Shown: positions 38,576 through 48,225 of the stretch, one piece after another
Numbering within the stretch: position 1 is the first letter of the stretch
Layout of the letters: every line of letters starts with the position of its first letter
From: Gammaproteobacteria bacterium
GTDB lineage: Bacteria > Pseudomonadota > Gammaproteobacteria > JAJFKG01
NCBI GenBank assembly: GCA_965116795.1
Contig: OZ220716.1
Span: 394,503-458,502 of the forward strand
Length of the DNA stretch: 64,000 nt
Direction of reading: 5' to 3'
Notes under the pieces: model-generated
Seen by the model: only the letters and a program-made list of their open reading frames with translations
What the model was told of the DNA's origin: nothing
The model's database searches: none
Position numbers and translations under genes: made by a program

Positions 38576-39705
38576 TGAATGATTTACTGAGTAAACTAGC
38601 TACAACTGCACTACATTCCCGCTTATTACCCTGGTTTGCTACATCAGGGCGACATGATTTACCGTGGCAACAACCGATAACGCCTTATCGAGTGTGGGTA
38701 TCGGAGATCATGTTGCAACAAACACAAGTTGCCACGGTTATTCCGTATTTTAAACGTTTCATGGCACGTTTCCCTACAATTGCTGATTTAGCTAGTGCAC
38801 CACTTGATGATGTATTACATCACTGGGCAGGCTTAGGATATTACGCACGCGCACGCAATTTACATCGCAGTGCACAGTTATTACAACAACACTACAATGG
38901 ACAATTCCCAACAACACTGCTTGATATGATGATATTGCCTGGGATCGGACGTTCAACTGCTGGGGCAATTTTGTCACTAGCATTACAACAACCTCATCCC
39001 ATTTTAGATGGCAATGTAAAACGGGTATTAGCACGTACCCATGCGATCGACACGTGGCCAGGTGAGAAACACACACAGCAACAATTATGGGAATTAGCAA
39101 CACACTATACGCCTACGCAAGCAGAACAAGCAGCGACATATACTCAAGCCATTATGGATCTAGGGGCAACCGTGTGTAAACGGGTTAATCCTGTGTGTAG
39201 CAGTTGTCCCCTGCACGATATTTGTCGTGGTCAAACCACACCAACTGTATTTCCTGGACGCAAACCGAAAAAGTGTTTGCCGACTAAACACACGCATTTT
39301 GTGATCTTACAACTTGATACAGATACTGTATTATTAGTTCAGCGCCCCAATCACGGTATTTGGGGTGGTTTATGGTGCTTTCCAGAATGCAATACAGACG
39401 ACATCGCTGACTGGGTACAATACACTTATGACGTACAACCCACTCAGGTCACACCATTCGCTAAGTTTCGACATACGTTTAGTCATTATCATTTAGCGAT
39501 TCAAGCCAGCGTTGTTACCTTGGAGAAAACCCCAACATTACTAGCACAACCTGCCCATATCTGGTATAACTTGACGCAACCTGCTGCAGTAGGTTTAGCA
39601 AAACCAATTAAATCATTATTAACAACACTGTACTCAAAGCGTTTTGAATGTAGGCAAGGCGACGCCAACAAAGACTTACATTTAAAACACGAAGAGCATA
39701 TTTGA
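38575..39705 (+). CDS. mutY: A/G-specific adenine glycosylase
   Basis: [42 protein letters not shown], FeS CX6CX2CX5C. Confidence 0.97.
   Translation: MNDLLSKLATTALHSRLLPWFATSGRHDLPWQQPITPYRVWVSEIMLQQTQVATVIPYFKRFMARFPTIADLASAPLDDVLHHWAGLGYYARARNLHRSAQLLQQHYNGQFPTTLLDMMILPGIGRSTAGAILSLALQQPHPILDGNVKRVLARTHAIDTWPGEKHTQQQLWELATHYTPTQAEQAATYTQAIMDLGATVCKRVNPVCSSCPLHDICRGQTTPTVFPGRKPKKCLPTKHTHFVILQLDTDTVLLVQRPNHGIWGGLWCFPECNTDDIADWVQYTYDVQPTQVTPFAKFRHTFSHYHLAIQASVVTLEKTPTLLAQPAHIWYNLTQPAAVGLAKPIKSLLTTLYSKRFECRQGDANKDLHLKHEEHI
39629..39700 (+). repeat. ERIC/IRU-like repeat family C, short copy inside the mutY 3' end
   Basis: ACTCAAAGCGTTTTGA.TGTAGGC.AGGCG shared with 59884-59930; GCCAACAAAG..TACA shared with 40097. 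Confidence 0.65.
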
Positions 39706-39727
39706 AATATCAGGAGTATGTACTGTT

Positions 39728-40018
39728 ATGAGTCGTGACGTGATGTGCCAAAAATTAGGGCGTAGCGCACCCGGACTTGATTTCCCCCCTTACCCAGGCG
39801 AATTAGGCCAACGTATTTATCAATCGATTTCTAAAGAAGCATGGGATATGTGGTTACGTCATCAGACGATGTTGATCAATGAATACCGCCTAAGCACATT
39901 AGAACCACAAGCACGTGAATTTTTAGCAGCTGAAATGCAAACGTTTTTATTTGGCGACGGTAGTGAACGGCCACCGGGGTTTGTTGAGCCTGATCGTGAT
40001 CCAAATACAACAGAATAA
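39728..40018 (+). CDS. yggX: Fe(II)-trafficking / oxidative damage protection protein
   Basis: CQKL....[31 protein letters not shown]. Confidence 0.96.
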   Translation: MSRDVMCQKLGRSAPGLDFPPYPGELGQRIYQSISKEAWDMWLRHQTMLINEYRLSTLEPQAREFLAAEMQTFLFGDGSERPPGFVEPDRDPNTTE

Positions 40019-40049
40019 TACATAACCACTCACATGCAATCGAATGTTA

Positions 40050-40132
40050 TCTACCCAAAGTATTTCGAGATGCCAAGCATAGAGCAAGATCGCGCCGCCA
40101 ACAAAGCCTACAATTCAAGGGCGCCGAGTCTA
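40050..40132 (+). repeat. ERIC/IRU-like repeat family C, internally deleted
   Basis: TACCCAAAGTATTTCGAGATGC ... GCCGCCAACAAAGCCTACAATTCAAG..GAGTCTA. Confidence 0.6.
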
Positions 40133-40138
40133 TATTGC

Positions 40139-40174
40139 TTGACGCCGCCACAGACCTCAGGTTTAATAGCCGGC
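40139..40174 (+). promoter_or_regulatory. Sigma70 promoter for tRNA-Phe
   Basis: TTGACG, 17 bp spacer, TTTAAT, then GC-rich AGCCGGC. Confidence 0.65.
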
Positions 40175-40184
40175 TTATATAAAT

Positions 40185-40260
<76 letters not shown>

Positions 40261-40282
40261 CCTTGTCTGACTAACTGGCACT

Positions 40283-41860
40283 ATGTTTTTCTTAAAAAAT
40301 CGCACCATTTGGTTATTATTATTGTTCCATTGCTTGTTATGGGTTTTCGTTGTTCACGTATTAAAACCCAACTTAGACGGCTATGGTGAGATGATAGAAG
40401 TCTACGCATGGGGACAACGTTTCATGCTAGGCTCTTTCAAACATCCTCCATTGTCAGGGTGGATAACCCATGCCTGGTTTAGCTTGTTTCCGACTAATAC
40501 CCTCTCCTACTACATCATGGCTTACCTCAATGCCATCATTGGTGTATTAGGGATTTTGACACTCGCACACTTATTCTTAAACCAAGCAACTGCAATTACC
40601 AATACATCAAAAAAATATCATCTATTTATCTTATTAACCCTACTATTTACCTTGCTATCTGGTGCTTACAGTTATGATGCAGGGCAATACAATGCTGATA
40701 AAAGTTTATTATCATTTTGGCCATGGATAACCGTTACCTTTTTCTGGTATCACTATCGATGCGATCAGGTTAAAGCAAAACTCATTGCAATGGTATTGTT
40801 TTCAATATTAGCTGCTGCTGGGATGTTAGCTAAGTATTTCACTGCGGTATTATTGCTATCGTTATTTATCATATCGCTGTTTGACCGCAACATGAGAGCG
40901 AGTTATAAAACGATTTACCCCTACATCGCGATGCTGCTGATAGCCATATTAATACTGCCGCATATACTATGGGAATACCAAATGCATTTCCCGTCTAATC
41001 AATACATCGGTTCTAAATTTGATGGTCATCTTAATGTGCTTCGCATTGCTAGCTTTTTATTGTCGATGTTTTACCAACTCCCGATCGCGTGGTTTGCGTT
41101 TATTTGTTTATGGTGGAAAAGCGCTACTAAAACCAATCGTGATACGGTAACCGAACAACAACTGACTGCTATTAACGTCATCCCAACCAATGTATGGCTT
41201 ATCTGTTTTCTACCGATTGTGATCACGTGCTTACTTGGTCTGTTTTTGCAACTAGGGTTACGACAACACTGGGCATTTCCAGCATGGTTTGCCCTGCCCA
41301 TTCTGATGACATTCTTGTTGATGAATAAACTGGATGTGTTAGACAAAAAACTGCTGATTAATGTATTAAAAACAATATGGGCTGCGGTATTGATATGCAC
41401 ACTGCTCATCCCCGTGTACTATTTGCGAACAGGATATAGCGTATACACAATGGCACGCCAACAAATGGCTGAGGCTATTGCACAACACTTTCAACAACAT
41501 TTTCCTAATCAAACACTGTCTTGGGCAGCAGGTACTTGGCGTGAGCCAGCAACACTAGCCTTCTATTTACCTAATCATCCGATTGCATTGCCTGGTTATC
41601 CCAATCAAATGCCAGCCTTGGTTAATCCCTATCCCAATTGGCACAAAGAATATGGCGTTATCTTATGCTATCATCGTCGCTTTATTGAGACTGAACATGA
41701 TAGGAAATATGATAGCTGTATTCGCGACACAATAGCATGGCTGCAACACAATGATATCGCAGTTAGGCAACAGAAAATTTATTTTCATCCAACAGGATTT
41801 CAATATACAACGATATTTCCAAGAACAGTAACTGCATTTTGGATTGTACCAACTAACTAG
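40283..41860 (+). CDS. ArnT/PMT-like (GT-C) membrane glycosyltransferase
   Basis: E...WG....G.FKHPPL..W, MLAKY, LPHILW; many TM segments. Confidence 0.8.
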   Translation: MFFLKNRTIWLLLLFHCLLWVFVVHVLKPNLDGYGEMIEVYAWGQRFMLGSFKHPPLSGWITHAWFSLFPTNTLSYYIMAYLNAIIGVLGILTLAHLFLNQATAITNTSKKYHLFILLTLLFTLLSGAYSYDAGQYNADKSLLSFWPWITVTFFWYHYRCDQVKAKLIAMVLFSILAAAGMLAKYFTAVLLLSLFIISLFDRNMRASYKTIYPYIAMLLIAILILPHILWEYQMHFPSNQYIGSKFDGHLNVLRIASFLLSMFYQLPIAWFAFICLWWKSATKTNRDTVTEQQLTAINVIPTNVWLICFLPIVITCLLGLFLQLGLRQHWAFPAWFALPILMTFLLMNKLDVLDKKLLINVLKTIWAAVLICTLLIPVYYLRTGYSVYTMARQQMAEAIAQHFQQHFPNQTLSWAAGTWREPATLAFYLPNHPIALPGYPNQMPALVNPYPNWHKEYGVILCYHRRFIETEHDRKYDSCIRDTIAWLQHNDIAVRQQKIYFHPTGFQYTTIFPRTVTAFWIVPTN

Positions 41861-41886
41861 ACTTTTAATGTTAGGAATATATTGAC

Positions 41887-42843
41887 ATGTCACATAAGAC
41901 ATTATCAAAAACCATTACACTGATCGTGCCTTTTTTTAATGAAGCCGATAATCTGCTTGCATTTTATCAGTCACTGCAAACGGTATTAGATCAACTATCA
42001 GATTATCAATTCGAATTTATCTTTATTGATGATGGCAGCAGCGATCAGTCAGCTGCTATTGTTACCCAACTACCTACCGGTAATTACCCGGTTAAACTAC
42101 TACAATTGTCACGTAATTTTGGTAAAGAAAATGCGATCACAGCTGGCTTAGATCATTGCCATAGTGATGCAGCGATTATTATTGATGCGGATGGCCAACA
42201 TCCACCCATGCTGATCCCACAGTTCATTCACGCGTGGGAAAATGGCGTTAGCATGGCATATGGCATACAAACTTCCCGAAAAAATGAACCGTTATTAAAA
42301 CGAGTGTTTACCCAAATCTTTTACAACTATCTTAACCGTTTTACCAACATTCATATTCCTAAAAATGCCGGTGATTTTCGCTTATTGGATCGCAGCATCG
42401 TCACTGCACTTAATCAATGCCAAGAAAAGTCGCGTTTCATGAAAGGGCTGTACGCATGGGTTGGCTTTAAATCACTTGGGATACCGTTTGTCGCCGAAAA
42501 ACGTCGTTCTGGAGAAAGCAAATGGAAGCTGCGCCGGCTAAGTTCATTGGCATTAGCTGGGATCACCTCATTCACTCACCTACCGTTACGCATTTGGACT
42601 GTATTTGGCATGCTTATTTCAATCATTGCATTTTGTTATGGCAGTGCAGTGGTGATTAATACGATTATCTCCGATCACAAGATCCCTGGGTATGCAACCA
42701 TTGTTACCGCTGTTTTCTTCTTTGGTGGCATTCAATTGTTATCCATCGGCATTTTAGGCGAATACATCGGCAGAATATTCATTGAAGTAAAACAGCGACC
42801 AGGCTATATCATTGCAAACAAATACGGATTTGATAATGATTAA
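41887..42843 (+). CDS. GT2 polyprenol-phosphate glycosyltransferase (GtrB/ArnC-like)
   Basis: PFFNE, DDGSSD, LSRNFGKE.A..AGL, DADGQHPP, GDFRLLDR, two C-terminal TM, GEYIGRI. Confidence 0.92.
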   Translation: MSHKTLSKTITLIVPFFNEADNLLAFYQSLQTVLDQLSDYQFEFIFIDDGSSDQSAAIVTQLPTGNYPVKLLQLSRNFGKENAITAGLDHCHSDAAIIIDADGQHPPMLIPQFIHAWENGVSMAYGIQTSRKNEPLLKRVFTQIFYNYLNRFTNIHIPKNAGDFRLLDRSIVTALNQCQEKSRFMKGLYAWVGFKSLGIPFVAEKRRSGESKWKLRRLSSLALAGITSFTHLPLRIWTVFGMLISIIAFCYGSAVVINTIISDHKIPGYATIVTAVFFFGGIQLLSIGILGEYIGRIFIEVKQRPGYIIANKYGFDND

Positions 42844-43207
42844 GCAAGTATCGTATTTTTTGATCATCGGCACTTTTGCGTTTTCTATGCACATGTTATG
42901 TTTAATTCTGCTAGTAGAAGTTATCGAATTAAATAAATACCTTGCCAATGTTATTGCATTTTGTTATGCATTTAACATTAGTTACTTTGGACACAAATTA
43001 GTTACCTTCGCCAATGGCGAACCCAAAAGTCATAATACATTATTACGGTTTTTTGCAACAGCACTGGTCAGTATCACGATTAATCAAGCAGTGTATAGCT
43101 TTTTTCTGGGTTACACGCACTTACCGTATGTATTTAGCATGATCATTGCTGCCGGACTAACAGCAATGAGTACATTTATCATTAGTAAATATTATGTCTT
43201 CAACTGA
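42812..43207 (+). CDS. GtrA-family flippase (probable start ATG 42836)
   Basis: 4 TM; YFLIIG, ANVIAF..AFNISY, LLRF, SKYYVF. Confidence 0.85.
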   Translation: MQTNTDLIMIKQVSYFLIIGTFAFSMHMLCLILLVEVIELNKYLANVIAFCYAFNISYFGHKLVTFANGEPKSHNTLLRFFATALVSITINQAVYSFFLGYTHLPYVFSMIIAAGLTAMSTFIISKYYVFN

Positions 43208-43955
43208 AAAAAACAGACTTTGCTTGTGTGCCGATGATTATGGGTTACATCAATCAATCAACGCAGCCATTTTACACCTTGCACAAATAGGTAGACTGAA
43301 TGCAATTAGTTGCATGACTAATATGCCTGCTTGGGAAATGCCGCAGCAATTGGCAAACTTGCCTGATATTGCACTTGGGCTACACCTTAATCTACCTTAT
43401 ACAACCCTCGGGAAATTTATTGTTAATAACTATTTGCACCGACTTGGTCCACAACCCATTCAACAAGCCTTCAGTGATCAATTGCATCTCTTCCAAGACA
43501 GCGTAGGCCGACAGCCTGACTTTATAGATGGTCATCAACATGTCCACCAATTTCCACAAGTACGGAAAATCTTGCTCGATTTTTATCTGCAACATTTTCC
43601 TGATAAACAGGTTATTGTGCGTAATACAGTGAATCACCTACGCACGCTAAAAGGGATCAGTTTGAATATCTTAGGTGGATTAACCTGGCGGCGCTTACTC
43701 ACACAACAACATATTCCAACTAACTGCAATTTCAGTGGGATTTACTCATTGAATCGAACCGATTACCCCACTATCTTTGCTACATTAATCAGTAAATTGA
43801 CCCAACCTACGTTATTCATGTGTCATCCTGGCCAAGCGATCACACACCATGATCAATTCAGACAACGTGAATATGATTTTTTTGCCAGCCAACAATTTCA
43901 GGATATATTGAATCAATATCAGATTAGTTTGCAACCCATCAGAGCAGTGCTGTAA
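43194..43955 (+). CDS. YdjC/ChbG-family carbohydrate deacetylase
   Basis: LCADDYG, GLHLN, PDFIDGHQHVH, MCHPG. Confidence 0.9.
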   Translation: MSSTEKNRLCLCADDYGLHQSINAAILHLAQIGRLNAISCMTNMPAWEMPQQLANLPDIALGLHLNLPYTTLGKFIVNNYLHRLGPQPIQQAFSDQLHLFQDSVGRQPDFIDGHQHVHQFPQVRKILLDFYLQHFPDKQVIVRNTVNHLRTLKGISLNILGGLTWRRLLTQQHIPTNCNFSGIYSLNRTDYPTIFATLISKLTQPTLFMCHPGQAITHHDQFRQREYDFFASQQFQDILNQYQISLQPIRAVL

Positions 43956-44059
43956 CAAATAACCATTAGTAGTAGATATGGTTTTTCCTCTATTTTTTCA
44001 CAGCAAAATCGATTACCATACAAAATTTCTACAGCAAGATAATATCATTCGGAGTTCGC

Positions 44060-44830
44060 ATGATTGACGCATTTATTGCTTTTGCTAACACGTTTCCGCC
44101 GGAATTGCCGTTGCTAGCACTGTTTTTGTTTAGCAGCATGATCATGTTCGTTATGGCACGTTTTTTTGGGCAACCGGGTTTATATGTTTACGGTGTGCTC
44201 GCCATTATCATTGGTAATATTCAAGTGTTAAAAGGCGTACAGTTGAATTTTTTACAAGACCCAGTTGCGTTGGGCACTATTATTTTTTCATCCAGTTTTG
44301 TTACTACCGATACATTAACTGAATGCTTTGGACCACGTGCTGCACGTCGTGCTATTGGGCTTGGGTTTACTGCATCTTTTTTCATATCGATTTCCATGTT
44401 GCTAACCTTGGGCACGACACCACTTGACGTATTGCCCTCTAATGAAAACTTTCATTTTGTTACAGCACATAATGCCATGAAGGTATTGTTCACTCCGTCT
44501 GTTGCTATTTTTGCAGCAAGTGTCATTTCGTATATTGCCAGTCAATTGCTCGACATTGCCATCTTCCAAAAATTGCGACAAGCATCAAATACGTTTGGAT
44601 TGTGGATGCGCTCAGGGGTATCGACTGCGATTGCCTTTTTGATTGATAACACTATATTTAGCATATTTGCTTGGGTGATCTTTTCATCAGAACCGATTTC
44701 GATGCACAGTTTAATGTGGACCTATATTTTCGGCACCTATATTTTAAGATTGATCACGATGGTAGCCTACATGCCTATCGTGTATGCGATGTGTAATACC
44801 ATTAAGAAACGCCATGTCCCTATACACTAA
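44060..44830 (+). CDS. yhhQ: Queuosine precursor transporter (YhhQ/Vut_1)
   Basis: NIQVLK, TDTLTECFG...ARRAI..GF, SY..SQLLD, RS..ST....IDNTIF; adjacent to tgt. Confidence 0.88.
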   Translation: MIDAFIAFANTFPPELPLLALFLFSSMIMFVMARFFGQPGLYVYGVLAIIIGNIQVLKGVQLNFLQDPVALGTIIFSSSFVTTDTLTECFGPRAARRAIGLGFTASFFISISMLLTLGTTPLDVLPSNENFHFVTAHNAMKVLFTPSVAIFAASVISYIASQLLDIAIFQKLRQASNTFGLWMRSGVSTAIAFLIDNTIFSIFAWVIFSSEPISMHSLMWTYIFGTYILRLITMVAYMPIVYAMCNTIKKRHVPIH

Positions 44831-46031
44831 TTTTTCGTTTACTATACAGCATCAAGCACAGCAAACCCGTGCGCGTCTTGGTGTCTTAACCACACCACAT
44901 GGTGTAGTTAAGACACCCGCTTTTATCTTTTGTGCAACCAAAGCAGCCATTAAAGGGTGCACTCCGCAAGACATGCGTGATGCCAATACACAGATTATCT
45001 TAGCCAATACGTATCATTTAATGCTGCAGCCCGGTAGTACACTGGTTGAAAAAATGGGTGGCTTACATCACTTCATGGGTTGGGATGGCCCAATGCTCAC
45101 TGATTCAGGTGGTTTCCAAATCTTTAGTCTTGGCCACGGATCAGTTGCTGATGAAATCAAAGGAAAACGGTCGATTGCAAGAAATAAAACGCTGTCCAAC
45201 ATTACCGAAGAAGGGGCACGATTCAAATCGTATATTGACGGCAGTGAACACCTATTAACGCCAGAAAAATCCATTGAGATCCAACGGCAATTAGGTGCTG
45301 ACTTAATTGTGGTATTAGATGAATGTACACCCTTTCATGTCACTAAAGACTACACCGAACGCTCGATGCAATTATCACATCGCTGGGCATTAAGAAGTTT
45401 AGCCGAGTTCAAGCGGAGTGATACTGGTAAACAAGCCTTATATGGGATTGTGCAAGGTGGGGTGTATCCTGATCTACGTCGCGAAGCAGCACAGTTTGTC
45501 AGTGACCATCCATTCTTTGGACATGCGATTGGTGGATCACTGGGTGCTAACAAAGATCAAATGTACGAAGTGGTGGCAACCACCATGTCATTGTTAGCTC
45601 CTGAACGTCCAGTTCATTTACTTGGGATCGGTGGCATTGGTGATATCTTCAATGGCGTACGTCAAGGCATTGATACCTTTGATTGCGTACACCCAACACG
45701 CTTAGCACGCCATGGCGGTGCATTGGTGCGTGCTGACTATTGGGAAAATACACAACAACCTATGACAGGTAAAGAACATATTAATTTAAAAAATGCATGT
45801 TTTAGGCAAGATGATACACCAATTGATAATACATGTGGTTGTCATACCTGCCAACAATTTTCACGTGCGTATTTACATCACTTGTTAAAGGCAAAAGAGT
45901 TATTAGCATTTCATGCGATCACTGTACACAATGTGTATTACATAAATCGACTATTGTCTGCGATCCGTGAAGCGATTGTGCAAGATAAGTTGGATGAAGA
46001 ACAAGGAAAGTGGTTAGTAGCTACACCATAG
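44814..46031 (+). CDS. tgt: tRNA-guanine transglycosylase
   Basis: ANTYHL, LTDSGGFQIFSL, LDECTP, GIVQGG, DTFDCVHPTR, CxCxxC...H zinc site. Confidence 0.96.
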   Translation: MSLYTNFSFTIQHQAQQTRARLGVLTTPHGVVKTPAFIFCATKAAIKGCTPQDMRDANTQIILANTYHLMLQPGSTLVEKMGGLHHFMGWDGPMLTDSGGFQIFSLGHGSVADEIKGKRSIARNKTLSNITEEGARFKSYIDGSEHLLTPEKSIEIQRQLGADLIVVLDECTPFHVTKDYTERSMQLSHRWALRSLAEFKRSDTGKQALYGIVQGGVYPDLRREAAQFVSDHPFFGHAIGGSLGANKDQMYEVVATTMSLLAPERPVHLLGIGGIGDIFNGVRQGIDTFDCVHPTRLARHGGALVRADYWENTQQPMTGKEHINLKNACFRQDDTPIDNTCGCHTCQQFSRAYLHHLLKAKELLAFHAITVHNVYYINRLLSAIREAIVQDKLDEEQGKWLVATP

Positions 46032-46124
46032 TTAACACACAATAACCATAATGTTATTATCTTAGTTATCTTATAGTAGCAATTAGCTCCATCATTCTGG
46101 AGAACGACGATTTCTTTAAACATC

Positions 46125-46760
46125 ATGAAACCTATTAACCAAGACTTTTTTAATCAAGACACTCAACCGTTAGCCAAAGCATTGCTTGGGAAAGTCATAC
46201 GTGTCAAACACGCTAATCAATGGTTACAAGCGATGGTTATTGAAACCGAAGCATATTATTTAGCAGATAAAGCCAGTCATGCTTCATTAGGGTATACTGA
46301 AAAACGCAAAGCGTTATTTATGCCAGCAGGTACTATTTATATGTATCATTCACGTGCCGGTGCATCGTTTAATATCAGCGCACACGGTCAAGGTAATGCA
46401 GTACTGATTAAATCAGCAATTCCTTATTTAGATAATTTGTCAAAAACAGATAACCAAACGATGATTGCTACCATGCAACGTTTAAATCCACAAAAAAATG
46501 GATTGCCACGTAATCCACAACGGTTGTGTAGTGGGCAAGCATTATTATGTCGCAGTCTTGGATTAACTATAAGCGCCTGGGATGCGCAACAATTTGATAC
46601 CAACCATTTTTATATTAGTGACGTTGGCTACATTCCTAACACTATATTAACAACAACCCGTTTAGGCATCGCTTCCCATCGCGATCCACATTTACCTTAC
46701 CGCTTTATCGATGAGAAATTCGTGGCATATTGCAGCAAAAAGCCAACACCGATGACCTAA
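46125..46760 (+). CDS. mpg: DNA-3-methyladenine glycosylase (MPG/Aag family)
   Basis: LAKALLGK, IETEAY, ASH, G..YMY, AVLI, LCSG, RLGI. Confidence 0.88.
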   Translation: MKPINQDFFNQDTQPLAKALLGKVIRVKHANQWLQAMVIETEAYYLADKASHASLGYTEKRKALFMPAGTIYMYHSRAGASFNISAHGQGNAVLIKSAIPYLDNLSKTDNQTMIATMQRLNPQKNGLPRNPQRLCSGQALLCRSLGLTISAWDAQQFDTNHFYISDVGYIPNTILTTTRLGIASHRDPHLPYRFIDEKFVAYCSKKPTPMT

Positions 46761-46944
46761 TGTCACCGGTTGTGCTTGTCATTATTCAGTATAAATTCAC
46801 CAATAAATACAAATAGTTAGCTAAAATGGTTAACAAATTATCTTTTTTGTGAAAACCTTAAGTCCGACTTAAGATTTTCATACATTCAGGTAACCCCATG
46901 AAAACAAATGATTTTTACAGCAGATCTAACCTGTATTTTGATAA

Positions 46945-47442
46945 TCAACATTCCACCACACCGCCATCAATTTGTGCAGCCAAATCAGCCAATGCATTGT
47001 CAGTGAGCCGATAGGTTATCCAGTCATCCATGGATTGCGCACCCACTGCATGATAAAACTCAATGGCTGGGGTATTCCAATTTAGTACACACCATTCTAA
47101 ACGCTGACAATCCCGATCGATTGCTACCTGTGCTACATAAGCCAACAACTGCTTACCAACACCCTGACCACGCGCGGTTGGTACCACATATAAATCTTCT
47201 AAATGCAGCCCTGGTTTACCAATAAAGGTAGAAAAATTATGAAAGAATAAGGCAAAACCGATCGGTACATTATTGTCTATAGCAAGAATCACGTCGGCAT
47301 GTGCCCTATCGCCAAATAGCGATTCTACTAATACCGCTGGTGTAGCAACCACTTGATGACGTTGCTTTTGATAATCTGCTAATTCACAAATAAAACGATA
47401 AATCGTTGGAATATCATCAACAGTTGCTTGTCGAATAAGCAT
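46945..47442 (-). CDS. GNAT N-acetyltransferase (SSAT-like)
   Basis: ELADY, GFALFFHNFSTF.GKPGL.LEDLYV, RGQGVG, LEWCVLNWN.PAI.FY. Confidence 0.9.
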   Translation of the reverse strand: MLIRQATVDDIPTIYRFICELADYQKQRHQVVATPAVLVESLFGDRAHADVILAIDNNVPIGFALFFHNFSTFIGKPGLHLEDLYVVPTARGQGVGKQLLAYVAQVAIDRDCQRLEWCVLNWNTPAIEFYHAVGAQSMDDWITYRLTDNALADLAAQIDGGVVEC

Positions 47443-47476
47443 TACAATCTCCTTGCTATATCGATAGTATTAATTG

Positions 47477-48040
47477 TTATTCATCGTGTGTCAGTGAGCT
47501 AACCTGACGTGTAAACTCAGTATGCCCACAGTGCTCGCAAGCTTTCAATAACACAACGGTTATAAACTGTTGTGTTTTCTTACATTGCATACACGCAAAA
47601 ACACCTGGGCTAGTCACATCACCTGCGTGATATACACATTGACGATCTAAATCATCTTGAAATTGTTGTTGTGCTAATACGATATTATCCGCTACGTGAG
47701 TTAACCATTGCCAACAGGTATCTTCAATTAATGCGATATCAACGGTTAACCATGTTGCTAAACTATGCCGCTGTTGTTGTAAATGCGCACGCATGTGTTG
47801 TAAATCACGTTGTAAGAAATACGCCGCATTATCAATCTCATCTCGCTCTACCGTTTTTAATCCAAACAATACTTGCTTGGCATCGTCTAACCATAATTGC
47901 CAACCAACACTCATATTGGTTTGTGCTTGCTGTTCAATCTGTGCTAATCGCTCCAACAATTGACGATACAGTTGTACTGTTGTTTGCGTTGATTCCACGT
48001 TAGCATGTGGTTTTTCTTGCTTTGGATTATGCTGTTGCAT
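47477..48040 (-). CDS. Zinc-ribbon-containing conserved protein
   Basis: YHAGDV.SPG...CxxC...CxxC...F.R C-terminus; usual neighbour of leuS. Confidence 0.8.
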   Translation of the reverse strand: MQQHNPKQEKPHANVESTQTTVQLYRQLLERLAQIEQQAQTNMSVGWQLWLDDAKQVLFGLKTVERDEIDNAAYFLQRDLQHMRAHLQQQRHSLATWLTVDIALIEDTCWQWLTHVADNIVLAQQQFQDDLDRQCVYHAGDVTSPGVFACMQCKKTQQFITVVLLKACEHCGHTEFTRQVSSLTHDE

Positions 48041-48225
48041 TGTTCACATCCTTCATTCATAAAATAGACTCACTAACATTCGATGCTGGCTAATTTTAAT
48101 GCGATTATAGCATAGACTAGCGCACTACTATTGCACAATTTTACCACTACGGTATCCTTTAGTTTGGCGATATATTCCCCATTATTATCACTTAACTGTA
48201 ACAGAAAAATAGGCACAGATTAGTA

